39,956 nt of DNA from assembly GCA_050175655.1 (NCBI GenBank), contig JBFXIT010000002.1, positions 1-39,956 on the forward strand, read 5' to 3'. A program made the translations under genes and the position numbers. Origin of the DNA: Leucobacter sp. (lineage in GTDB: Bacteria > Actinomycetota > Actinomycetes > Actinomycetales > Microbacteriaceae). A model generated the notes under the pieces. The model searched no databases. It had not been told where the DNA came from and saw only the letters and a program-made list of their open reading frames with translations. This document shows, piece by piece, positions 18,360 through 25,802 of this stretch; the stretch's first letter is position 1, and each line of letters begins with the position of its first letter.

Positions 18360-18409
18360 TTTATGGTTTGCGCCTGTTGCGCCCTTTCGAGGCGTGCTCG
18401 CGCGGACGC

Positions 18410-18455
18410 GCACCGCACCCGGGAGAGGCCCGGGCCGCGGGAGAGACCGGTGCTC
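18410..18455 (+). promoter_or_regulatory. Possible ribosomal protein L1 autoregulatory leader structure
   Basis: CCGG-GAG...stem...A-CCGG arrangement in the rplK 5' UTR resembles the L1-binding site; position fits known L11-L1 feedback control. Confidence 0.35.
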
Positions 18456-18500
18456 CGTCTATTCGGAGCGCAGCCCGGTTTCGAGGAAAGGAAGAGGAAC

Positions 18501-18929
18501 ATGGCAAAGGCGAAGAAGGTCGCCGGTCTGATCAAGCTTCAGATCGCGGCAGGCGCCGCCAACCCGGCACCCCCCGTGGGTCCGGCGCTTGGTCAGCACG
18601 GCGTCAACATCATGGAGTTCTGCAAGGCCTACAACGCGGCCACGGAGAGCCAGCGGGGCAACATCATCCCCGTCGAGATCACCGTCTACGAGGATCGCTC
18701 GTTCGACTTCATCCTGAAGACCCCGCCGGCCGCGGAGCTGCTCAAGAAGGCCGCCGGCGTGCAGAAGGGCTCGGGTACCCCGCACACCGTGAAGGTGGCG
18801 AAGGTGACCGCCGACCAGGTGCGCCAGATCGCCGAGCAGAAGCAGGCCGATCTCAACGCCAACGACATCGACGCGGCGGCGAAGATCATCGCGGGCACCG
18901 CCCGCTCCATGGGCATCACGGTCGAGTAA
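18501..18929 (+). CDS. rplK: 50S ribosomal protein L11
   Basis: [35 protein letters not shown]...GTARSMG; AGAGGA RBS. Confidence 0.99.
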   Translation: MAKAKKVAGLIKLQIAAGAANPAPPVGPALGQHGVNIMEFCKAYNAATESQRGNIIPVEITVYEDRSFDFILKTPPAAELLKKAAGVQKGSGTPHTVKVAKVTADQVRQIAEQKQADLNANDIDAAAKIIAGTARSMGITVE

Positions 18930-18941
18930 GGGGCAACGCAA

Positions 18942-19631
18942 ATGGCACAGAAGTCGAAGGCATACCGCGCCGCCGCCGAGAAGATCGAGGCCGGCAAGTT
19001 CTACTCTCCCGCCGAGGCCGTCGCCCTGGCGAAGGAGACCGGCTCGGCGAAGACCGACAGCACCGTCGAGGTCGCCGTGAAGCTGGGCGTCGACCCGCGC
19101 AAGGCCGACCAGATGGTGCGCGGCACCGTCAGCCTGCCCCACGGCACCGGCAAGACCGCACGTGTGATCGTGTTCGCGACCGGCCCCGCGGCCGAGGCGG
19201 CCCTCGCGGCCGGTGCCGACGAGGTCGGCGGCGACGAGCTCATCGAGAAGGTCGCCGGCGGCTACACCGATTTCGATTCGGCCGTCTCGACCCCCGAGCT
19301 CATGGGCAAGGTGGGTCGTCTGGGCAAGGTCCTGGGCCCCCGCGGTCTCATGCCGAACCCGAAGACCGGCACCGTCACCCCCGATCCGGCCAAGGCCGTG
19401 ACCGACATCAAGGGCGGCAAGATCGAGTTCCGCGTCGACAAGCACTCGAACGTGCACTTCATCGTCGGCAAGGCGTCGTTCTCGGCCGATCAGCTGAACG
19501 ACAACATCAGCGCCGTGCTCGAGGAGATCGTGCGTCTGAAGCCGAGCTCGTCGAAGGGCAAGTACGTTCAGAAGGGCGCCGTGTCGACCACGTTCGGCCC
19601 GGGCATCCCGCTCGACGTCAGCGCGATCTGA
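18942..19631 (+). CDS. rplA: 50S ribosomal protein L1
   Basis: [44 protein letters not shown]. Confidence 0.99.
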   Translation: MAQKSKAYRAAAEKIEAGKFYSPAEAVALAKETGSAKTDSTVEVAVKLGVDPRKADQMVRGTVSLPHGTGKTARVIVFATGPAAEAALAAGADEVGGDELIEKVAGGYTDFDSAVSTPELMGKVGRLGKVLGPRGLMPNPKTGTVTPDPAKAVTDIKGGKIEFRVDKHSNVHFIVGKASFSADQLNDNISAVLEEIVRLKPSSSKGKYVQKGAVSTTFGPGIPLDVSAI

Positions 19632-19647
19632 GTCTCGCGCTCTGAAT

Positions 19648-19692
19648 ACGAAACCCCCGGTCTCCGTGCCTCGCACGGGCCGGGGGTTTCGT
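19648..19692 (+). terminator. Intrinsic terminator after rplA
   Basis: ACGAAACCCCCGG...CCGGGGGTTTCGT 13-bp inverted repeat. Confidence 0.8.
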
Positions 19693-19799
19693 CTTGCCCG
19701 GCCTCGCGCGTCGGCGGTTCGGCGGCCCCGGTAGTTGGGGGGGGGTGTGAGCGTGAGGTTCGAGGCCGGCAGTGCGGGCCACGCTCACCCCCGCGGTTC

Positions 19800-19889
19800 C
19801 GGTGCGCCCTCGAACGCACCGCCCTGCAGGAATACACCTGATCCCTGGGGATTGCGGTGCAATATTGCGGATCGGTGCGTTTGTGCAGG
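19800..19889. repeat. Cluster of imperfect palindromes (REP-like) between rplA and the FtsK-like gene
   Basis: CGGTGCG/CGCACCG (19800-19821), and CCTGCAGGAATACACCTGATCC (19823-19844) pairing imperfectly with GGATCGGTGCGTTTGTGCAGG (19869-19889). Confidence 0.45.
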
Positions 19890-19945
19890 TGGTAGGGAAA
19901 GCAACGCGCGGGCCGACCGAGGCGATCCGGCCGGCTCCGAGCGGC

Positions 19946-22900
19946 TCAGCCCTCGGCGAGGGGCAGTTGCACGGTGAGCGGCCTCCCGTGCTCGACGAAG
20001 ATGCCGCGTCCCTCGGGGAACTCGTGCCGCTGCACCTTGGGGAACGGGGTCTTGAAGAGGGTGTCGCCGTCGAAGGTCTCGGGCCGCAGCGCGATGCCGT
20101 GGCGGCTGGCCTTCAGCTCGCCGATCAGCCCGTAACCGCTGCCGAGCTGCGCGATGTCGCCGTCGGCGATGAGCAGCTGGTCGCTGCGGTTGACCGCTTG
20201 GAACAGCTCCTTCAGTGCGCGATCCGCGTCGGTATCCGAATACTCGATCAGATTCTCGAGCACGATCAGCACCCGTGTGGTCTCGCTCTCGTCGGAGACC
20301 AGCTCGGTCAGATCCTTCGCGAGCGCGCGCACGTCTTCGATGCGGCTCGCTCGCCGCTTCCACGGCCGATAGCCCGCGAGCGCCGCCCGGCGACCGCCGA
20401 TGTGGTACATCTCGGTGCCGGAATCGAAGCGCTCCATTGCCCGCACGATGCCGCGCAGAGCGGTGCTCTTGCCGCTCAGCGGCGGGCCGGCGACGAGGAA
20501 GGTGCCGATGGGCTCGAAGGCGACGGGGCCGAGCGTGTGCTCGCCGATGCCGAGGGCGGGGGAGCCGCCGACGTGGTCGGGCAGATTCTGCTGCGGATAC
20601 GAGACGGGCAGCGCGCCGATCGTCTCGGCCACGGCGACTCCGTGCCTGCTGAAGCGCTCGCCGAGCGCGATGGCGGCCGCGTTCTGCTCGGCGACGTTCG
20701 GAGTGCCGCCGATCACCGCGATCTGGGTCTCGAGGCCGTCGACGATGCCCCTGCCGGGTGCGCTGCGCTCGCTCAGCACGTCGCGCGGCACGCCGAGGAT
20801 GCCGTACGAGTTCTCGTCGGAGAGCCGCAGGACCACCCGCTTGGTGATGTTCGCGCTCACTGCGGTGGGCACGGCGCCGTAGCGGTCGGCCGTTGCGACG
20901 ATGTGGACGCCGAGGGGGCGGCCCTCGCCGAGCACGCGCATGAACGTCGCGTAGGTCTCCACCCGGTTCGCTCCGCTCTCCCACTCCTGGCGGAAGGTGC
21001 CGAAGCCGTCGAGCAGCAGCAGCACGCACGGCTCGTCGTGGTCGCCGGTGATCTCGCGGTACTCGCCGAGGGTCGAGGCGTTCACCTCGCTGAAGCGCTG
21101 CGCGCGCGAGTCGAGCGTGTCTCTGAGCGTGCGGAACAGCCGCTGAATGCGTTCGACATCGTCGCCGGTCACGATCGTGCCGACGTGGGGCAGCGCCTCG
21201 AGCGAGCGCAGCGCACCCGTGCCGAAGTCGATGCCGTAGACGGTCGTCGCGCCGAGGGTGCGCCCGGCACCGGCCGCGATGGCGAGGGTGCGCAGCGTCA
21301 CCGTCTTGCCTGCGCCGCTCGTGCCGTAGACCAGCATGTGTCCCTCGCGGTCGGGTGCGAACGAGACGGTCTGCTGCAGCTGTTGCTCGGGCACGTCGGC
21401 GAGGCCGATCGGCAACTCGCCGGTGATGCTACCTGCGCTGCCCCCTGCGCTGCCCTCGGCGTCGGCACTGCTCTCGATCTGATCGAGTAGACCGAGTAGA
21501 TCGAGTAGATCGAGCAGGTCGACGGCGGTCGGCAGCTCATCGAGCCAGGGGCGCCGCGGAACCGGAATGCCCGCCTCCTGCGCCGCCAGCACGAAGTTGC
21601 GCACGATGCGCTCCTGGTCGTTGGGGCCCGTCTCGCCGGTCTCGGGGCCGCCGGCCGCAGCACCCGCACCCGCCGCGCCACTAGCACCACCCCCAGCACC
21701 CGCACCCTCGGCGTCGACCTCCGACTCCCAGGTGACCACGGTGCCGAAGCGCAGCTCGGCCACCGACACCTGCGCCGCATCCGGCCTGTCGGTGGTCCAG
21801 CCCCCGGCATAACCCGATTGGAACGGCACGAGCCGCCCCGGCCCGGTCTTCGCGATGGCGCGGCCGGGCAGCGAAGGATCGAAGCTCGCCGCGATCGGGT
21901 CTCCCACCACATCGCTCGAATCGGATTCGTCTGCCATGCGCAGCGCCACGCGCAAGTTGGTATTGGCACGCAGATTGTCTTTGATCACGCCGGCCGGCCG
22001 CTGGGTCGCCATGATCAGGTGGATGCCGAGCGAGCGGCCGCGCTGGGCGATGTCGACCACGCCGTCCACGAACTCGGGCACCTCGGTGGCGAGCGCGGCG
22101 AACTCGTCGATCACGAGCACCAGGGTGGGAGGTGCATCGGGATCCTGCCGCTTCTCGAGCTCGATGATGTCTTTCGCGTTCTTTCGGTTGAAGAGGTGCT
22201 CGCGGTGGTGCAGTTCGGCGCGCAGGCTGGTGAGTGCGCGGCGCACGAGGTGCGGGCTGAGGTCGGTGACGAGACCGACGCAGTGCGGCAGCTTCACGCA
22301 GTCGGCGAAGGCGGAGCCGCCCTTGTAGTCGACGAAGAGGAAGGTCACACGATCGGGGCTGTACTCGGCCGCGAGCCCCAGCACCCAGGCCTGCAAGAAC
22401 TCGGACTTGCCCGAGCCGGTGGTGCCTCCGACGAGCGCATGCGGCCCCTGTGTGCGGAGGTCGAGCGACATCGCGTCGGGGGATCGCTGGCCGACGAAGG
22501 CTTTGAGCGTGCCGGCGCGCTTCAGCCGTTCGCGGTGCGGCGAGTGGCGGTCGATGATCGAGTTGTTCTGCTGCCAGCGCTCGACTACCGTGCCCGGCTC
22601 TTCGGCGAGGTCGGTGCCGACGACCCGCAGCAGCGATACCTGCCGGGGGAGGTCGGAGGAATCGGGTGCGACCGAGCTCGAATCGACCACCGGTGCCAGG
22701 CGCCTGGCGAAGTACTCGGCGTAGTCTCGCGAGACGCCTTCGACGGCCACCGGGCGGCTCTGCTCGCCGAGTCGCACCCAGCCGATGCTCGCCTGCTCGA
22801 GACCGGCGGAGACGTCGATGAAGGTACGGCAGGCCGCGGGCAGCGCCTCGACGCTGGGGGCGACGCATATCGTGTAGATGCCCACATCGGGGCCGCGTTC

Positions 22901-24544
22901 GATCAGCTGGGTCAGCCGCGCGCGGTCGACGGGCGCATTGCTGCTCACGAACAGCACGAGCGAGACGTCGCGCGCCGCCTTGTGCTTGCCGCCGCGGGCC
23001 TCGTCGATGTACTTGCCGAGCTGCATCGAGCTGTCCCTCTCGGGCAGCGGCCCCAGGTGGGTGGGGCTGCCCGAGAGCCGTTCGAGGATCGTCTCTTCGA
23101 GCGCGTTCAGCAGCACGGTGCCGGCGGCCTGGCTGTCGGCGAGCGCGATGTCGGCGAAGTCGGATTGCGGGCTGGTGACGTGGGGCAGCCACCGCAGCCA
23201 CTCGAGTTCGGAGCTCCAGTCGGGGGCGAGGATCGCTGCGGTGACCACCTCGTTCGGCGCATGCAGGCCGAAGAGCTGCACCCCGAGCCCGCGCAGCGCG
23301 TCTGCCGCGAGCTCGGGGGGGCCAGCGATGCCGAGGGCGCCCGCGGCGGGCAGCAACTCGACCAGCGGCACGTCGTCGATGGTCTCGAAACGGTCGCGCA
23401 GCTCGTCGATCCGTTTCGCATATTTCACGATGCCGCGGCTCTCCTCGGAGCGTTGCAGGGTGTTGCGGCTCTTCGCGGTGCCCGATCCGAGGCGCAGCGA
23501 GAGGAAGTTCCAGTGCTCGGGCCTGCGCGTCCACAGCAGTGGCCCGAGCTTCACCGCCTGCTCGTAGATCTCGGCCGTCGGGGGCGCTTCGTGCCGTCGG
23601 CGCTCGCGTTCGAGCTCCTCCTCTTCGAGCAGCGTGTCCTCGAGTTCATTCATGCGCGATTCGAAGCTCTCGATCTCCTCGCGCAGCTTCTTGCCCTGCT
23701 GCGTGCGCTGGCCGATGAAGTTGCCGAGCATCATCAGCGGCGACATGACCACCATCAGCAGCGATGTGGCGCGGCCGGTAAGGGCGAAGAGCGAGAAGCC
23801 GAGGATGACGGGCGCCACGATCATCGGCCACGGGAACAGGCGCGGTTCGGTCTCGCTCGGGATCGCGGGGTGCTTGCGGTCCTCGCCCGTGTACCGCTGC
23901 TCGACCCGGGGCGAGCGATTGAACAGAAGCGAGCCGCCGCGCTCGAGCACTCGGTCCGCCGGTGTTTCGACGATGCCCTCGGCGAGGGGTGTGAACGAGA
24001 GATCGGTGCCGCCGATCGACACCACCTGCCCGGGGAGGATCTGCGCGCGCTGCACGTAGTCGCCGTCGATGACGATGCCGTTCGCCGAGTTGAGGTCGAC
24101 GATCTCGATGTGCGCTCCGATCTCGAGGCGCGCGTGCCGGCGCGAGACGAGCGGATCGTCGAGCCGGAGTTCGGCGGGCTCGCTGCGGCCGATCACGGTC
24201 GTGCCGCGGTGCACCGGCACCTTGAGCCCCGCCTGCGGGCCGGTGTGGATGCGCATGATCGCCCCGACCGCGTCGTTGTGGCGGTAGGCCTCGGCCGTGG
24301 CGTTGACCGTGGCGGCGTCGAAGCCCGAGCCGAGCGGGGCCTCGCCGAGGGGGGCAGTGGGGTCGAGCTGGTAGGAGTCGCCGCCGGGAGGGCGCACTTC
24401 GAGCGTGGGGTTCGGCAGCCGTGCCGCGCCTTCGCCCGCCTGCAGCGCGCGGGCGACATCCTCCACCTTCGCCGTCGCATCGGCGGTGATCAGCACGTCG
24501 ACGGGGGGCTGGGCCTGCCGGTGCAGGGCGAGCTTGATCCTCAT
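19946..24544 (-). CDS. FHA-containing, membrane-anchored FtsK/SpoIIIE multi-ATPase (EccC/EssC-like T7SS coupling protein)
   Basis: FHA motifs IGRS, VSRRHA, SANG; FNRSPR then two TM helices; three P-loops (GGTTGSGKS with VIDEF; GTSGAGKT; GPPLSGKS); QRGRSLGIHLIMATQRP. Adjacent to a WXG100 gene. Confidence 0.9.
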   Translation of the reverse strand: MRIKLALHRQAQPPVDVLITADATAKVEDVARALQAGEGAARLPNPTLEVRPPGGDSYQLDPTAPLGEAPLGSGFDAATVNATAEAYRHNDAVGAIMRIHTGPQAGLKVPVHRGTTVIGRSEPAELRLDDPLVSRRHARLEIGAHIEIVDLNSANGIVIDGDYVQRAQILPGQVVSIGGTDLSFTPLAEGIVETPADRVLERGGSLLFNRSPRVEQRYTGEDRKHPAIPSETEPRLFPWPMIVAPVILGFSLFALTGRATSLLMVVMSPLMMLGNFIGQRTQQGKKLREEIESFESRMNELEDTLLEEEELERERRRHEAPPTAEIYEQAVKLGPLLWTRRPEHWNFLSLRLGSGTAKSRNTLQRSEESRGIVKYAKRIDELRDRFETIDDVPLVELLPAAGALGIAGPPELAADALRGLGVQLFGLHAPNEVVTAAILAPDWSSELEWLRWLPHVTSPQSDFADIALADSQAAGTVLLNALEETILERLSGSPTHLGPLPERDSSMQLGKYIDEARGGKHKAARDVSLVLFVSSNAPVDRARLTQLIERGPDVGIYTICVAPSVEALPAACRTFIDVSAGLEQASIGWVRLGEQSRPVAVEGVSRDYAEYFARRLAPVVDSSSVAPDSSDLPRQVSLLRVVGTDLAEEPGTVVERWQQNNSIIDRHSPHRERLKRAGTLKAFVGQRSPDAMSLDLRTQGPHALVGGTTGSGKSEFLQAWVLGLAAEYSPDRVTFLFVDYKGGSAFADCVKLPHCVGLVTDLSPHLVRRALTSLRAELHHREHLFNRKNAKDIIELEKRQDPDAPPTLVLVIDEFAALATEVPEFVDGVVDIAQRGRSLGIHLIMATQRPAGVIKDNLRANTNLRVALRMADESDSSDVVGDPIAASFDPSLPGRAIAKTGPGRLVPFQSGYAGGWTTDRPDAAQVSVAELRFGTVVTWESEVDAEGAGAGGGASGAAGAGAAAGGPETGETGPNDQERIVRNFVLAAQEAGIPVPRRPWLDELPTAVDLLDLLDLLGLLDQIESSADAEGSAGGSAGSITGELPIGLADVPEQQLQQTVSFAPDREGHMLVYGTSGAGKTVTLRTLAIAAGAGRTLGATTVYGIDFGTGALRSLEALPHVGTIVTGDDVERIQRLFRTLRDTLDSRAQRFSEVNASTLGEYREITGDHDEPCVLLLLDGFGTFRQEWESGANRVETYATFMRVLGEGRPLGVHIVATADRYGAVPTAVSANITKRVVLRLSDENSYGILGVPRDVLSERSAPGRGIVDGLETQIAVIGGTPNVAEQNAAAIALGERFSRHGVAVAETIGALPVSYPQQNLPDHVGGSPALGIGEHTLGPVAFEPIGTFLVAGPPLSGKSTALRGIVRAMERFDSGTEMYHIGGRRAALAGYRPWKRRASRIEDVRALAKDLTELVSDESETTRVLIVLENLIEYSDTDADRALKELFQAVNRSDQLLIADGDIAQLGSGYGLIGELKASRHGIALRPETFDGDTLFKTPFPKVQRHEFPEGRGIFVEHGRPLTVQLPLAEG
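21481..21516 (+). repeat. 9-bp tandem repeat x4 (GATCGAGTA) within the FtsK-like gene, encoding LLD-LLD-LLG-LLD
   Basis: gatcgagta gaccgagta gatcgagta gatcgagca. Confidence 0.85.
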
Positions 24545-25242
24545 GCGCGCTGATCCTCTCTCTCACCGCTGAACGCTCTGCCGCCGATCACCGAGGCCGA
24601 GGATCGGCGGTTGTCGACTGCGAGCCGGGGCCCGACTCCGCTGCTCGACAGCACGGGGAGGCGCTCGGAGGTGTCGCGGAACTGCTCCGCGTAGTTCCGC
24701 CGCGCCTTGCGCAGTGCGTTCTCGTCGTTCGGGTCGAGGCCGCCGCGCACGTCGATCAGCCAGCAGCTCGCGGCGCGGTCGAGCACGCTGCGCCGCCGGC
24801 CGCTCACATCCCAGTAGCTCGAGGCGAACATCAGCACCGGGCCCGCCAACGGCACGATGTTGCTGAGCGAGAGCAGCAGCGCGCGCAGCACGATGCGCCA
24901 GAACCCCGGGGCTGCGAGGCCCGGCAGCGAGACGCTGCGCAGGCGCATCGCCGCCTTGCCGAGGGTCACCCCGCGTCGGCCGTGCAGGATCAGCTGCACC
25001 AGGCAGAACAGCGAACCCAGCACCTGCCCCGAGATGACGAGCACGAGCGGCCACAGCGTGAAGCCCGCGGTGAGGCCCAGCCAAGCGCCGACCGCGGCCG
25101 GGCTCACGAGGATCGCCCAGACGAGTGCGTCGATCATGAAGGCCGCGATGCGGGCACCTACCGGGGCGGCCTTGATGCCCAGCGCCTCGGCGATGATGTG
25201 GTCCGGAGCGCCCGGCTCGGTGGTCGGGACGGCGTCGATCAA
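24541..25242 (-). CDS. RDD-family membrane protein
   Basis: ARIAAFMIDAL, GVTLGKAAMRLR, RRSVLDRAASCWLID RDD motifs. TTG 25242 after GGGAG (25254 is an alternative). Stop overlaps the FtsK-like ATG (ATGA). Confidence 0.85.
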   Translation of the reverse strand: MIDAVPTTEPGAPDHIIAEALGIKAAPVGARIAAFMIDALVWAILVSPAAVGAWLGLTAGFTLWPLVLVISGQVLGSLFCLVQLILHGRRGVTLGKAAMRLRSVSLPGLAAPGFWRIVLRALLLSLSNIVPLAGPVLMFASSYWDVSGRRRSVLDRAASCWLIDVRGGLDPNDENALRKARRNYAEQFRDTSERLPVLSSSGVGPRLAVDNRRSSASVIGGRAFSGEREDQRA

Positions 25243-25414
25243 GAGGGCTCCCAACGGGTGCGGCGGGTGGAGGAGTTCCGACTCTCCATTCTGCCCTGCC
25301 CGGGCGACCCTTGGCGCGCTTTCAGCCAGCTTGATAGATTGGGCGGCGGGGTCGGATGGCCCTGTCGCTGTCGATATCGGATCGTCAGGTCGTGAACCGG
25401 GAGGTTAGTGAGTC

Positions 25415-25693
25415 GTGAGTCGTATTCTTTCTACCGAGGATGCCAAGTCGGCGATTCGTCAGATCCAGTCGATCATCAACGGCGGGCTCACCGATCAGAT
25501 CTCGGAGTTGGATTCGCAGGGTCGCATCCTCTCCGACCAGAACGTGTGGGACGGCCCGCTCGCCTCCACGTTCCGCAGCTCGACCTGGCCCGAGACGAAG
25601 GCCGCGCTCGACAAGGCGAAGACCGAGCTCGAAGAGCTGCGCGTGCAGCTCGACAAGATCGCCGAAGACATCTTCACCGCCGGCGGCGCCTGA
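25415..25693 (+). CDS. WXG100/ESAT-6-like protein
   Basis: 92 aa, two predicted amphipathic helices with a central W-D-G (NVWDGPLASTF); GGGAGG RBS; next to the FtsK-like ATPase. Confidence 0.8.
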   Translation: MSRILSTEDAKSAIRQIQSIINGGLTDQISELDSQGRILSDQNVWDGPLASTFRSSTWPETKAALDKAKTELEELRVQLDKIAEDIFTAGGA

Positions 25694-25802
25694 ACCGCAC
25701 GGTCGCGAGGTTCGGCTGCCGCGTGATGCCGGTCGCCGAACCTGTTCGTTCGGCGTGCGCCGGGCGCGGTGAACGTTTCGGAAGAGTGGAGTGAGTGGGA
25801 GC

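Noticed and set aside
19737-19745. G9 homopolymer as a phase-variation switch
   Set aside because: It lies between two convergent gene ends, not in a CDS or promoter.
19946-24544. Cell-division FtsK or conjugative coupling protein of an ICE
   Set aside because: It has an FHA and three tandem ATPase domains, no gamma domain, no relaxase or integrase nearby, and an adjacent WXG100 gene, all favouring an EccC/EssC-type role.
25408-25794. 128-aa ORF overlapping the WXG100 gene
   Set aside because: It starts at the first GTG of a 7-bp duplication only 3 nt from the SD and gives Arg-rich off-frame sequence; the 25415 frame has the WXG motif and normal codon usage.
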